Assembly (NCBI GenBank): GCA_963754875.1
Contig: CAVWHO010000021.1
Coordinates: 160,001-224,000, forward strand
Direction: 5' to 3'
Source: Nitrospirota bacterium
GTDB lineage: Bacteria > Nitrospirota > UBA9217
DNA length: 64,000 nt
Every line of letters begins with the position of its first letter. Position 1 is the first letter of the stretch. The position numbers and the translations under genes are program-made. Below, piece by piece: positions 12,171 to 26,244 of the stretch. The notes beneath the pieces were generated by a model, which was not told the DNA's origin, did no database searches, and saw nothing but the letters and a program-made list of their open reading frames with translations.

Positions 12171-13701
12171 CTACTGCTTCTTAAAAAAATCCGCAAGCTC
12201 ATGAACGAGTGCGGGAATCGTATAATCCTTCGGCATGATGTTTGTCTTCATCCCGTATTCTTCAGCGGTCTTTGCCGTTACGGGCCCTATGCAGGCCACT
12301 GCGACACCGTTTAAGAGTGCTTTATACTCTTTTTGGCCGAGTATTTCAACAAAATTATGGACCGTGGAAGAGCTCGTAAAAGTTATTGCCGCGATCTTTT
12401 TCTCTTCCAGCAGCTTCCTGACCCGGACCACGTCGGATGCCGGTTTTATGTTTTCATAGGCCGTGGCCACCGTGACGTCTGCGCCGAGCTCCCGCAACTT
12501 GTCCGGAATGATTTCCCGGGCAACCTTTGCCCTGGGGATGAGAAATTTGAGGCCTCTGACCTTTACTCCACCGAGCGCGGCGAGAACTCCCTCGGCCTTG
12601 AATTCCGCAGGTATAAGATCGGCCCTAAGACCATAAGACTCCAATGATTCCGAGGTTTTCGGCCCAACCGTACAGATACTCACGCCTTTGAGAATACGCA
12701 GGTCCTTGTTAAGGCTGCGAAGGCGTTCCATGAAGAATTTTACCGCATTCGTGCTCGTGAAAATGAGCCAGTTGAACGTTTCTATTGATTGGATAGCGCT
12801 GTCGAGCTCGTCCCAGCTTGCAGGCGGAACAACGTCAATGGTCGGAAACTCAATGGTCGTTGCGCCGCGGTCGATCAGCATTTCAGCGAACACACTTGCC
12901 TGGTCGCGCGAACGCGTGATAATGATACGCTTGCCGAAGAACGGTTTCGATTCATACCAGTTCAGCTTTTGCCTCAGCCGAACCACTTCTCCGACAACGA
13001 TGATAGCAGGCGGGCCAAGCTTTGCTTCCCTGACCTTGGGAACGATATCTTTCAGTATTCCCGTCACGACCCGCTGGTCCGTTCGCGTACCCCACTGAAT
13101 AAGGGCTATCGGCGTTTCCGGACTTCTGCCGTGAGAAATGAGGTTGTCGACGATATTCTGGAGATTCTTCATGCCCATGAAAAACACGAGCGTCCCAATG
13201 CCGGTCGATATCTTGTCCCAGTGCACTTTTGATTCAGGTTTTGTCGGGTCTTCATGGCCGGTTACAAAAGCCACGCTTGCCGTATGTTCGCGGTGTGTTA
13301 GCGGAATGCCTGCATAGGTGGGCGCCGAAATGGCCGAGGTCACGCCGGGAACCACTTCAAAGGGGATGCCGTTGTCAACCAACTCCTCGGCTTCTTCCCC
13401 ACCGCGGCCGAAGATAAAAGGATCGCCACCTTTTAACCTCGCGACGACCTTTCCTTCCCGGGCTTTTCTGACAATGAGTGCAGTTGATCTGGTCCTGGGG
13501 AAGCGTGTGCCGGCTCCCCTGCTTCCCCACGTAAATGAGTTCTGCCTCGGGACGACGCTGGTCGAGCAGCCGTTCGTTCGCGAGGTAATCGTAAATGATG
13601 ACGTCGGCTTTTTTTACACACTCGAGACCCTTGACTGTGATGAGTCCAGGATCTCCGGGACCGGCGCCGATTAAATATACTTTTCCAATTGTTTGGGCCA
13701 T
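12171..13701 (-). CDS. cobA/hemD: Uroporphyrinogen-III C-methyltransferase/synthase fusion (frameshift near 13485)
   Basis: [19 protein letters not shown]; HemD domain with FTSSSTV and CIGPVT. Confidence 0.93.
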
Positions 13702-13712
13702 ATGAAATAAGA

Positions 13713-13798
13713 AACCACAGATAGATACAGACAAACACAGGTCGAGAATTAATCAACAATCACTTCTCTATCCGTGTCAATCCGTGAAATCTGTGGTT
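13713..13798. repeat. Imperfect palindromic intergenic repeat (CACAGA-type units)
   Basis: aaccacagat-agatacagac-aaacacagg ... atccgtgtca-atccgtgaa-atctgtggtt. Confidence 0.65.
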
Positions 13799-13817
13799 AC
13801 AAAATCTTTCCCTGTAA

Positions 13818-14780
13818 TTAATTTTCCAGCAGATTGCTCCCGCTGAAATCGGAATTATTTCCGTACACTTCCCGCAAGATCACATCTGCTCCTTGGGACA
13901 AGAGTTTCTCCGCAAGAGTAACGCCAAGTTTTTCCGCCTTATCCGGGGTCCCTTCAATGCTGTCCTTGATGATCCGTTTTCCGTCCACACTACCGACGAG
14001 ACCGGTGAGATGCAAATTTCCGTTCTTCATCTGGCCGTAGCAGGCGATCGGCACCTGGCAACCGCCCTCAAGCCGCCGCAGAAGCGCGCGTTCGCCCGTG
14101 ACGCAGGTGCGGCTGTCCGCATGGTTGAAAAAAGCGATCAGGTCGTTCAATTCCCGGTCATCTACGCGGCACTCGATGCCGAGGGCTCCCTGCCCGATTG
14201 CCGGCAGGCTGATCTCGGGATCGATAAATTCCGAAACATTGTCCGCGAGACCGAGACGCTTGACGCCGGCTGCGGCAAGAATAATGGCATCATACTGCCC
14301 CTCTTTGAGCTTGCGGAGCCTGGTGTCCACATTCCCGCGAAGCTGATGGATCACAAAATCCGGACGAATGTTCATGAGCTGGGCCTGGCGCCTGAGGCTG
14401 CTGGTGCCTACATTCGCACCCTTGGGCAGGTCTTTAAAAGCGATCTTGTTACGCGTAAGCAACGCGTCCCTGGGATCTTCTCGCTTGGTGATAGCTCCTA
14501 AATGGAGCCCGTCAGGAAAGAACGTGGGTACGTCTTTCATGCTGTGGACGGCAATGTCGATCTCATTCGCCAGCATCGCCTCCTCGATTTCCTTTACGAA
14601 GAGCCCCTTGCCGCCGACCTTTGCCAGCGGGACATCAAGGATTTTGTCTCCCGTTGTCTTTATCTTGGTGAGCGATACAGTCATGCCCGGATATTTTTTT
14701 TCGAGCTCTGACTTCACCCATTCCGCCTGCCAGAGCGCAAGTGCGCTGCTACGGGTGCCGATCCTGATTTCTTTTCGCAA
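13818..14780 (-). CDS. hemC: Hydroxymethylbilane synthase
   Basis: IGTRSSALALWQA, GGKGLFVKEIE, LEGGCQVPI. Confidence 0.99.
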   Translation of the reverse strand: MRKEIRIGTRSSALALWQAEWVKSELEKKYPGMTVSLTKIKTTGDKILDVPLAKVGGKGLFVKEIEEAMLANEIDIAVHSMKDVPTFFPDGLHLGAITKREDPRDALLTRNKIAFKDLPKGANVGTSSLRRQAQLMNIRPDFVIHQLRGNVDTRLRKLKEGQYDAIILAAAGVKRLGLADNVSEFIDPEISLPAIGQGALGIECRVDDRELNDLIAFFNHADSRTCVTGERALLRRLEGGCQVPIACYGQMKNGNLHLTGLVGSVDGKRIIKDSIEGTPDKAEKLGVTLAEKLLSQGADVILREVYGNNSDFSGSNLLEN

Positions 14781-14889
14781 TGAAGACTCCTAGAGAAGTT
14801 ATTTGGATGCAGATGAAACAGATTACCGCAGATTAAAAACATTGCGCGGTTAATGTAAATTTTATATCCGCAATCCGTAATTGATTAGA

Positions 14890-16260
14890 TCACCGGCACT
14901 CGCTCTTCTTATTGTTGCCCAATATGGTTTCGCTTGTATTTTCGGATGTCCCCTCGTTCATATCGCTTCGATGATGCCCCGGCCGCTTGAGTTCCTTGTC
15001 CAGATTGAAAAGCTTGCGAGCGACCGTGATGGTGTTATCGCTTCCATCCTGCGTTGAAGCTGCCTGCTTAAGAACGACGAGGGGGGCATGGAGCAGCTTG
15101 TTCACGATGGACTGTGACATGATGTCTATTGCCCTTTTCCCGTCCTCACTGATCCCGTTCAGAGAGCCCAGGGTCTTTTCCAGTTCGCGTTTTCTGATGT
15201 CCTCGATCTTTTCACGAAGGTCCACGATGGTCGGCACGGCATCGAGCGCCCGTTCCCATTGGAGATAGGTCTCCACCTCCTGGCTCACGATTTCCTCGGC
15301 CTTTCCCGCTTCCCGCGCCCTTCCTTCCGTATTAACGTCGACCTTGCTCTGCAGGTCGTCGATGTCATAGAGGTACACGTTGTCGACCTTGTCGACGTCA
15401 GGGTCGATGTTTCTCGGGTTCGATATGTCGATCATAAAGATCGGATTGTTGCGGCGTTGTTTGAGGGCCTTGTTGACCATGTCGCGGTTGACGACATAGT
15501 GCGGGGCGCCGGTGGCGCAGATCAGAATGTCCACCATGACGAGGGCGTCGGGGAAATGCTCGAACCGGATGGCGTCGCCCTTGAATTCCTTGGCAAGCTC
15601 TTCCGCGCGTTCGAACGTCCGGTTCGCCACCATAATGTTCTTCACGCCGTTGCCGAGAAGGTGCTGAGCGGCCAGCTCGGCCATCTCGCCCGCACCCAGG
15701 AGCATGACGTTCTTCCCTTCCAGGGTACCGAAAATCTTCTTGGCGAGTTCCACGGCAGCGGAGCTGATAGATACCGCTCCCTCCGCAAGCCGGGTCTCGG
15801 TGCGGACCCGTTTCGCGACGGATATTGCCTTTTTCAACAGTTTGTTCATGATCGTGCTGGTGGTCTTGGTCTTAAGGGCAACGTCGAAGGCGTCTTTCAT
15901 CTGCCCCAGGATCTGCGCTTCTCCCAGGACGAGGGAATCGAGGCTCGAAGCGACACGGAACGTATGGCGCACTCCCTGAGCGTCGGGATAGACATAGAGC
16001 GACTTATCCAGGGCCTCCCGGGACAGGCCGTGATATTCCGATATGAACTGCTTGATTCGTTCGATCCCCGGGGCGCTTTCGATCACTGATGCATAGATCT
16101 CCACCCGGTTGCAGGTGGACACGATCATGCTTTCCTTGACCCCGTCGTAGGTCATGAGCTTTTTGAGCGCACCGGGAAGCGTGTCCTCCGGGAAGTTCAG
16201 CTTCTCGCGGACTTCAATGGGCGCTGTTTTATGACTGAGACCGACTACGACAATTCCCAT
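14890..16260 (-). CDS. hemA: Glutamyl-tRNA reductase
   Basis: STCNRVEIY, SLDSLVLGEAQILGQ, GAGEMA. Confidence 0.99.
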   Translation of the reverse strand: MGIVVVGLSHKTAPIEVREKLNFPEDTLPGALKKLMTYDGVKESMIVSTCNRVEIYASVIESAPGIERIKQFISEYHGLSREALDKSLYVYPDAQGVRHTFRVASSLDSLVLGEAQILGQMKDAFDVALKTKTTSTIMNKLLKKAISVAKRVRTETRLAEGAVSISSAAVELAKKIFGTLEGKNVMLLGAGEMAELAAQHLLGNGVKNIMVANRTFERAEELAKEFKGDAIRFEHFPDALVMVDILICATGAPHYVVNRDMVNKALKQRRNNPIFMIDISNPRNIDPDVDKVDNVYLYDIDDLQSKVDVNTEGRAREAGKAEEIVSQEVETYLQWERALDAVPTIVDLREKIEDIRKRELEKTLGSLNGISEDGKRAIDIMSQSIVNKLLHAPLVVLKQAASTQDGSDNTITVARKLFNLDKELKRPGHHRSDMNEGTSENTSETILGNNKKSECR

Positions 16261-16272
16261 ACTGATGTCACC

Positions 16273-17085
16273 TTAAAACAAATGCTTTCCGATATTCACG
16301 CGACTCACGACAAAAAAGCTTACGAGAACGAACACAAAACCGGCGATCGAGAGGACAGCCATTTTTCTGCCCCGCCAGCCTATGGTGCGAAGGTGAAGGA
16401 GCACGAGATAGATGACCCAGGTTATGAGGGACCAGGTCTCCTTGGGGTCCCAGCTCCAATAGGAGCCCCAGGCGCTGTTCGCCCAGATAGAACCGGTGAT
16501 CATGCCGAGCGTGAAGAGCGGCCAGCCGAGCGTCAACGCCTTATAGGAGAGCGTGTCCATGATGTCTAGCGAGGGCAGACGGTGGAATATCGCGCCCAGA
16601 TGCTTTGCTTTCAATTGCCGTTCCTGGATAAGATACATGATCGACACAATGCAGGCGAACGCGAAGGCGGCGTCCCCGAGAACGGCTAGGCTCGTATGCA
16701 CTCCCAGCCATCCACTCTTCAACACGGGATTGAGTTCTTTAATTTCACCGGATAAAAGAAATACGGGGATCATGAGAATGACGACGAGAGGCAACATGAA
16801 CGAGCCGAGCGCGGCAATCTTGAAACGGAACTCCATGACCAAAAAAACGAAGATAATACCCATGCCGAGAAAATTGGCGGCTTCAAAAAAACTCGTGATC
16901 GGTATGCGCCCGGCTTCTGACCAGCGCAAAGAAAAATAGACAATATGGAAAAGGAAGCCTGCAAATGTAGCCCACAGGGATGCCGCTCCAGCCCATTTCT
17001 TATCAGGTTTGAAGATATAGGAAATATATCCGGCAGCGGCGAGCAGATAGGCGCCCGTTGCTGCTTGAAAAAAGAGAAGATTCAT
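16273..17085 (-). CDS. ccsA: Cytochrome c biogenesis protein CcsA/CcsB (system II)
   Basis: WANSAWGSYWSWDPKETW tryptophan-rich WWD motif; multiple TM helices. Confidence 0.93.
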   Translation of the reverse strand: MNLLFFQAATGAYLLAAAGYISYIFKPDKKWAGAASLWATFAGFLFHIVYFSLRWSEAGRIPITSFFEAANFLGMGIIFVFLVMEFRFKIAALGSFMLPLVVILMIPVFLLSGEIKELNPVLKSGWLGVHTSLAVLGDAAFAFACIVSIMYLIQERQLKAKHLGAIFHRLPSLDIMDTLSYKALTLGWPLFTLGMITGSIWANSAWGSYWSWDPKETWSLITWVIYLVLLHLRTIGWRGRKMAVLSIAGFVFVLVSFFVVSRVNIGKHLF

Positions 17086-17241
17086 ACGGTCGTTTCCCCG
17101 GGTAGAGATATGATTTCACTGAGCTTTTTATTTTACTTTTTACAACCTCTGAAAGTCAAGAAAAAACATGATAACCGCATGGTTTGAGCAGCTGGTGCGG
17201 AGCGATCAGGTGGGAAATCGATCGTAAGAGTGAGAACCGAA

Positions 17242-17920
17242 TCAATAATCATGTGCCTGCGCAAGCTTGCCGTCTGCCATCCGGAGCACTCGATCTGCGC
17301 GGATGGCGAGCTTATCATTGTGCGTTACGATAACGAAGGTGATTCCCCTCTGTTTGTTTATGGAAAGCAGGAGGTCATGGATCGCCTCTCCCGTATGCGC
17401 ATCCAGGTTCCCCGTGGGTTCATCTGCCAAAACCACGTCCGGTTTGAGCACAAGCGCCCGAGCAACTGCCACGCGTTGCTGTTCACCGCCCGAAAGCTCG
17501 CCCGGACGGTGGTGCAGCCTGCTACCGAGCCCCACTTCAACCAGAATATTCGCTGCTGTTTCGGCGGCCGCCTTCGTGTCGGCCCTCCTGATAAGTGCCG
17601 GCATCATCACATTCTCGATAGCTGAGAACTCGGGCAGCAGGTGATGGAACTGAAAAATGAAGCCTACCCGCTCGTTTCTGAACCGGGCGAGTTCCGCAGG
17701 CGGCCAGTGAAAAGACGTCCACCTCTCCGTAAAAAACTCTTCCCGACGTCGGCCGATCAAGACCCCCCAGAATGTGGAGAAAGGTACTCTTTCCGACGCC
17801 GGATGCACCCACAATGGCGAGCATTTCCCCTTCGCGGATTTCGAAATCGATCCCATCGAGCACGCGAAGTTCTTGCGGACCGCTCATGAACGTTTTCCGA
17901 AGGTCGTGAATATGAATACG
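17242..17920 (-). CDS. lolD: Lipoprotein-releasing ABC transporter ATPase (frameshifted; start uncertain)
   Basis: [37 protein letters not shown]. Confidence 0.88.
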
Positions 17921-17928
17921 ATGCTGTG

Positions 17929-18172
17929 TTATTTCTTTTCTCCCGGCTTTTCGTCTTCCTTCAGCTTGTTAACGTTCCCGTTTTCTCAATCGTTGTGGCT
18001 TTCTGTTCAATGTCTTTCTTTACTCCTCAGCCTTCTTCCCGCCACCCCGATCTGATTTCCGGCGGATTTCAGCAGATTGTCGCCTCCGAAGAGGACGAAA
18101 ACGAAACAAGAGCGCGAGCAATACCAATAAAAAAAAGAACAGATTTAACTTTGCTCCCCCTTTTGTCGCCAT
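17929..18172 (-). CDS. Small membrane-anchored hypothetical protein (frameshifted)
   Basis: Manual reading MATKGGAKLNLFFLLVLLA... after GGAGG, then a charged coiled-coil-like tail in another frame. Confidence 0.45.
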
Positions 18173-18282
18173 ACCTACCTCCTCGTCTTCAGTAGAAGTT
18201 CAGATCACGATATCTTGGTACCAGTGAATGCGAAGGAATTTGATCAACGGTATCGTACATCCAGTCTTCCAGCGTATCTTTT

Positions 18283-19520
18283 TTATTCGTATCTGAGCAC
18301 TTCCACCGGGTCTTGCTTTGCGGCCTGCCATGCCGGGTACAGGGTCGCGAGAAAGCTGATCCCGAGCGCTGTCAGCGATATGAACAAAATATCGTACCCT
18401 GAAGTGACAAGCGGCAGATGGCTGACCTGGTAGACGTCCTTGGGCAACGTGATGACATCTGTTTTTGTAATCACTGTTACCGCGCTATAACCGATGATAA
18501 CGCCGATGTGGTGCCGACAATGCCGATCACAAGTCCGGCGAACATGAATATTTTTACGATACTCAGGGACGAGGAACCCATGGATTTCAGGATCGCGATT
18601 TCCCGGCTTTTTCTCCATGACGATCATCGTAAGCGTGCCGATGATGTTAAATGATGCCACGATAATAATAACAAAAAGAATGAGAGACATGCCGATCTTT
18701 TCAAGCAAGAGGGCAGAAAAAAAATTTTTATTCTGCTCCATCCAGTTACGGGTAATATACGGATACCCGGCGGCTTTTTGAATATCGGACGAAATCGTAT
18801 TTGCCATGGTAGACATCGTCAATACGGACCTGGATCCCGCTGATACGTCCCTTCATGTCGAAAAATTTCTGCGCATCGGGGAGCGCGATATACACGAAGG
18901 TAATATTATAGTCGTACATACCGGCGTCAAAAAGTCCGGCGACGACAAACTTCTTCATTTTCGGAATGAGCCCCATAGGCGTTTCTTCGCCCAGGGGATT
19001 GACCATCGTAACGGTGTCCCCGACCGATACTCCGAGTTTGCGCGCAAGGTCATCACCGATGATGATTCCCGGCAGTTTGCTGTCGCTGTTCTCCAGGTCT
19101 TTCAGCGTCCCGGCAGTCATATTCCTGGCAAGACCGGTGACCTTAGCCTCGGTATCCGGATCGATTCCCCGGACGACCACGCCCTGCATCCGGTCCTGCG
19201 TCGTAAGCATGGATTGGCCGTATATGAAAGGCGTCGTGGCCTAGGACATGCGGCACCTTCTCGACCTTGTTCTGAAGGGTCTGCTGATCTTTCACACCGG
19301 TGCCGGTAAATTCCATGACCACGATATGCGGCATGGCGGAGAGTATCTTGTCTCGGAAATACCCCTGGAAACCCGTCATCACGGCAAGGGTGATAATGGA
19401 TGTCGCAACGCCAATGACGACCCCGGCAATCGAGATGAATGTATTGAGCGAAACGGTGCCGTATCGCTTTTTCGTTCTCAGATAGCGCAGGCTGATGAAT
19501 ATTTCGTAGGGAAGCTTCAT
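18283..19520 (-). CDS. lolE: Lipoprotein-releasing ABC transporter permease LolC/E (frameshifted)
   Basis: FISLRYLR...AVMTGF, VASFNIIGTL, YPAWQAAKQDPVEVLRYE. Confidence 0.9.
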
Positions 19521-19575
19521 GCTAATCGGATAAACACGGTAGACTATTCTGCACTACTCGCTTCGAGCATGTATC

Positions 19576-21055
<1,480 letters not shown>

Positions 21056-21251
21056 GCAAATCCCCTTTATGTTTTAAAGTCAACCGCGGCGCGACAAAAA
21101 ATGACCTGCTCTCGTCTTCTCAAAATGATCACGCGGTCTTTCAAATGTGTAATCGTCGAATTTTATTAATAATATTTTTATGATCCGATGCGGATTATAC
21201 TGATTATGGACTGATGCTGTCAAGGATAAACGGGACTGCAGAATACTGTGT

Positions 21252-22228
21252 TCAGAACTTCTGACGATAATCGAGGCCGATCATGATGTCAGGCGCCCCG
21301 GACACATCAGGGTCTTCGGTCACCGAAAGGCCAAACGACGATCGGGCGTCCATTTTGTACCTGCCGCCGAAACTCGCCGTCATTGAGGGGTTGTCAACAC
21401 TCACAATACCTGTTTTCGGGAAAGGAGAAGTCTGGATGCTCGTTTGTAAATTAAGAAGCACCTTCGGCGAATATATCCATTCAAAACCTGCTCCGCCGTA
21501 GTAATAGTTTTTGAGTTCGACATGTTCAATTGCCGCCAGTTCATGAATGAGGCCGATACCTGCATTCAGGTACAGCATAAGGTCGCTCCGCAGTTGTTCA
21601 TTCACGAGGGCTGCGATTCCCCCATTGACCCTCCCGCTGCCATAGCTGTTTTCCGGGTCTCCTGTCGGGAGGTTCAGGAATGTCTGAACACTGACCGTTG
21701 ATAGAATCGCTGTCATACAGGTTTTTTTTGGCTTCGAGCATCAGATCCCCGAGAGCGGTCTCGCTGGGTTTTCCATGAATGACCTCTTTGCCGTTATGGG
21801 CTACTTCCAGAAGAAAATCGTTTTGTGGCCGATCTCTTCTTCCGTATGCGTTGGGCATGCCTATCAGGCGGTGGTATGTTTCGATCTCATTATCGAAAAA
21901 GCCACTGCCATACCGGATAACCGGGAGGTCAAAACCTATTTCGAGCCCTTTCCCCACCACCTGTTTGTATTGAATGTCGAGCAGGGCGGTTTCCAGATCG
22001 ATCCCGACATACCAGTTGTTGCTTCCAGCCACGGCATAGGTGCTCGAATAAGACAAGTCGATATTCAGAGAATTTTCCGGTTCTGCTGATACGAGAGGGG
22101 GGCTGTTCAGTGCAGCATAGAGCGGTTGCCCGTTTTTGATGACGAGAGGACCTTCGAAGCTCTCGGCGAAGCGCAGTTGTCGCAATGAACACGAATAGAA
22201 TGACAAGAGAAAGAGTCTTTTTTATCAT
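21252..22228 (-). CDS. Exported beta-barrel-like protein, DUF3187-like (frameshifted)
   Basis: Signal peptide, GPLVIKNGQP, GSGFFDNEIETYH, LPTGD motif, terminal Phe. Confidence 0.6.
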
Positions 22229-22354
22229 GCAGAATCGATTTGGGTCGAGACATCTGCCGCCTGCATACCCTGTTTTACAGGTAGTTCGAGCAGGCAACTC
22301 GATTTGATCGGATTGAAACCGCTGTCCCCTGTGCAAGCTTCAAAGAGAAACTGC

Positions 22355-23247
22355 TCATTTCTCGGTCAACAGTCTGAGGACTTCGAGGTACTTTTCGCTT
22401 GTCTTCCGGACCACGTCATCGGGGAGCGTCGGGGCCGGCGGTTTCTGGTTCCAGGAAAGCGAAAGCAGGTAGTCTCTGACGAACTGTTTGTCATAACTTT
22501 TCTGCACGACCCCTTCCCGGTAGTCGTTTTTCGGCCAGAAGCGGGACGAGTCGGGTGTCAGCACTTCGTCGATCAGGATGACTTCGTTATTATGAGATTC
22601 CGAATTCGAGCTTGGTATCGGCTATGATAATGCCTTTGGCTTCTGCAATCGTGCATGCTTTATGATACACCGCGAGGGCGTACGATTTGATTTTATCAGC
22701 AACCTCGTTCCCCACGAGTTTTCTGACCGTGTTAAAATCGATATTTTCGTCATGTTCGCCGACTTCGGCCTTGGTGGACGGTGTAAATACGGGTTCCGGG
22801 AGGCGCGAGGCCTCGGTCAATCCTTGCGGAAGTTTAATGCCGCTCACGGCGCCCGTTGCCTTGTACTCCTTGAGCCCCGACCCCGTGAGATAGCCGCGAA
22901 CGATGCACTCTACCGGCAGCGGCTGCGATTTTTTGACCAGCATGCTTCTGCCCTCAAGGAGCCGCCGCGTGGGGCCTGCACTCTGCCGGGAAGTCCTTGA
23001 CCTCCGTGGATAATCAGATGGTTCTTGACGATCGCTCTCGGTCTGAGAGAACCAGTATTTTGATATCTGCGTCAGGACCCTGCCCTTTTCCGGGACGGCA
23101 TTCGGGAGCACCACGTCGAAAGGCGGAAATCCTGTCTGTTGCAACGATCAGCAGCGTATCGCCTAAATCGTAGATGTCCCGGACCTTTCCCCGCTTGGGC
23201 GGCCGCAATCCCGCGAGATCAGTCTTGAGTACCAGTGGCGTCATCAT
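22355..23247 (-). CDS. purC: SAICAR synthase (frameshifted)
   Basis: [46 protein letters not shown]. Confidence 0.96.
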
Positions 23248-24560
23248 TTTCACCTCTCTCATGATTTGCCGGCGCGAACTTCAGGACACGGATACGGGAT
23301 ATCCGGTTTTTGTGCAGCCGGAGAACGGTAAACAGCAGATCCTGATATTTGATCTGGTCGCCTTCAGCAGGCAATCGTCCGAACAGGCCCAGCACAAATC
23401 CACCGATCGTTTCGAACTCGTCCTCGGGAATCTTGACTCCGAGCTTTTTATTCAGCTGTCCGATGTCCGTTCTTCCGTCGACGACATAACGGTTGGCCGC
23501 GACCTCGTGGATTTCACGCAGTTCTTTTTCCTGCTCGTCCCGTATGTCTCCCACGATCTCTTCGATGAGATCTTCCATGGCGACGAGACCGTCGGTACCG
23601 CCGTACTCATCTCCGACGAGAGCCAGATGAATGCGCTTTTCCCGCATTTCCCTGCAGAAGCACGCTCACATTTTTGTTCGGCGGCACGAAGTAAGGTTTC
23701 CGGAGCACATCCTCGAGCTGAAATTGCCGGTTTCCCATGTGGAGCGCAAGGATATCCTTGAGGTATACGACACCGATAATATTATCGATGGTCTCGCTGT
23801 AAACCGGCAGGCGGGAAAACCCCTTTTCGTTCATGGTTCGGAGAATGACGTCGAGAGAGCTCCCTGTTTCTATCGCCACGATCTCGGTCCGCGGGACCAT
23901 GACCTCTTTTACGACCGTGTCGGTAAACCGGAACACGCTGTGGATCAAATCCTCTTCCGATGATTCGAATACGCCGCTCTTGCGTCCTTCCCGAATCAGG
24001 TACTTCACCTCGTCTTCAGAAATCAGATTGGACTCCTGGCCCTCTTCGAGCCCGAAAAAACGGAGGACCGTGTTGCTCGACATCGCCAGGACCCGAAGCA
24101 CAAAGGAAAGGACGCGCGAAAGAAAATCAATGGGCGCCGACGTAAAAAAAGCAATCTTCTCGGAATGCCGGATGGCGAGTGATTTGGGGACCAATTCTCC
24201 GATCACGATCGTAACGTACGTGATCAGGCCCACCATGATCGCCAGGGCGAGGGGCTCTGCCGCCCTCTGGATAAAAGCAACCGGCAGCGAGAGTAACACC
24301 GGTTTAACGTGTACGACGGCGATTACGCCGCCGATCGCCGCGGCCAGCGTTCCTACCAGGGTAACGCCGATCTGGACTGTCCCGAGAAATCGCTCCGGCT
24401 CTTCCTGCAGCCTCTGAACTCTTAGCGCAGTCGGATTTCCGCTTTTGACCAGGTGACGTACACGACTTTTTCTGAGCGAGATCAGAGATATTTCAGACGC
24501 CGCAAAAAAACCGTTCACGACGATCAGAGATGAGATCAGCAGTATGTCAAATAGCCACAT
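23219..24560 (-). CDS. CNNM/HlyC-CorC family CBS-domain transporter (frameshifted)
   Basis: [47 protein letters not shown]. Confidence 0.92.
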
Positions 24561-24712
24561 AGATTAGAGATCAATTGTACATTGAAGTCCGAAAATTGGA
24601 AATGTTACCGCAGAGCCGAGTAGCCGCTTCAATCATTGGTGGATCTTGTTCGCCCTGCGCCATTTCAAATTTACAACTTACCATTTCCAGGTTAGACGTT
24701 CTTCGGTGTCGT

Positions 24713-26184
24713 TTAAAACCCGTACTCTTTCCACCGTTCTTCGACTTTCTTTTGAATCTGCCTGGTCCATCTTAATTTCATCAGGCCAGGATCTCAGGAA
24801 CCCTTCGCCCGACCCTTTGCGGGTCGCATCGATCCCCATTTTGCCGCCGAAACCGATCTGCGGGCAGGAATGATCGAGGATGTCCAGCGGACCGTCAGTG
24901 ATGATCACATCGCGCTGCGGGTCCACATGATTCATGACTTTCCACGTCACCTCGGAATAGTCGTGAATATTGACGTCTTCATCGCAGACGATCACAAACT
25001 TGGAGAGCATCAGCATCCCGGTTCCCCAGATCGTGTGGAGAACTTTTTTCCCGTGGCCCGGATAGCGTTTTTTTATCTTCACAATGACGTTATTGTGAAA
25101 AACGCCCTCGATGGGCATGTCCATGTCGAGTATATCGGGCGCCACCATCTGGAGGAGCGGCAGAAAAATCCGTTCGGTAGCTTTGCCGAGGTAGGCGTCT
25201 TCCTGCGGAGGCCGTCCGACCAGGGTCGCCGGGTAGATGGCATCTTTCCGATGCGTTATTGCCGTAATATGAAACACCGGGTATTCGTCTGCCTCGGAAT
25301 AGTAACCGGTGTGGTCGCCGAAAGGGCCCTCCACTCTGTCGTTCGAGGGGATCGACGAACCCTTCCAGAATGAATTCAGCTTCGGCAGGCACCCGGACAT
25401 TCACGGTCTTGCACTGAACGACTTCAAGTTGCTTCCTCCTGAGGAAACCTGCGAAAAGATACTCGCCGATCACGGGCGGCAAAGGCGCTGTTGATGCGTA
25501 AATGATCGAGGGATCGCCTCCTATGGCGACAGCCACTTCCATGCGTTTTCCCGCGGTTTCATAGTGCTGGTAGTGGCGTGCGCCGTCCTTGTGTTTATGC
25601 CAGTGCATGCCGGTTGTCTGGTGGTCAAAGACCTGCATGCGGTACATTCCGACGTTGGTTATGCTCGTAACGGGGTCGACGGTACAGACCATGGGAAGCG
25701 TGATAAACCGTCCGCCGTCTGCAGGCCAGCACTTCAGCACGGGGATTTTGGATAGATCTACTTGGTCACCGGTGAGAACGACCTCCTGGCAGGGCGCTTT
25801 TTTTACGGTCTTCGGAAAGAACGAGGAGAGTTCCGTCAGCTTCGGAAGCATCTGGAGCTTATCCATGATCCCCGCGCCCGGGCCGGGGAACAGGTTTGTA
25901 GGATCGACAATCTCCTTGATCCGCCCGCCGATTTCGTCAAGATTGTTAACGCCCAGGGCAAGACACATGCGTTTCATCGAGCCGAAGACGTTGGTCAAAA
26001 CAGGAAAAGAAGATCCTTTTACCCGTTCAAACAGAAGCGCTTTATTTGAAGTTCCTTTTTCTTTCGAGACCCGGTCGGTAATTTCCGCGATCTCAAGCTC
26101 TGCGTCGACCTCCGTCTTGATCCTGGCCAGCTCGCCCTCTTTCTCAAGAACCGATATAAACTCTCTGATATTGTCGTATACCAT
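24713..26184 (-). CDS. UbiD-family decarboxylase, menaquinone (futalosine) pathway type (frameshifted)
   Basis: WPADGGRFITLP, NVGMYRMQ, EGPFGDHTGYYS, GGKMGIDAT. Confidence 0.92.
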
Positions 26185-26244
26185 AAGGGTTGAATTGTAG
26201 CGAAATTAGGGAGGATTTGCAATCAAAAACTCGGCGAACAGGGG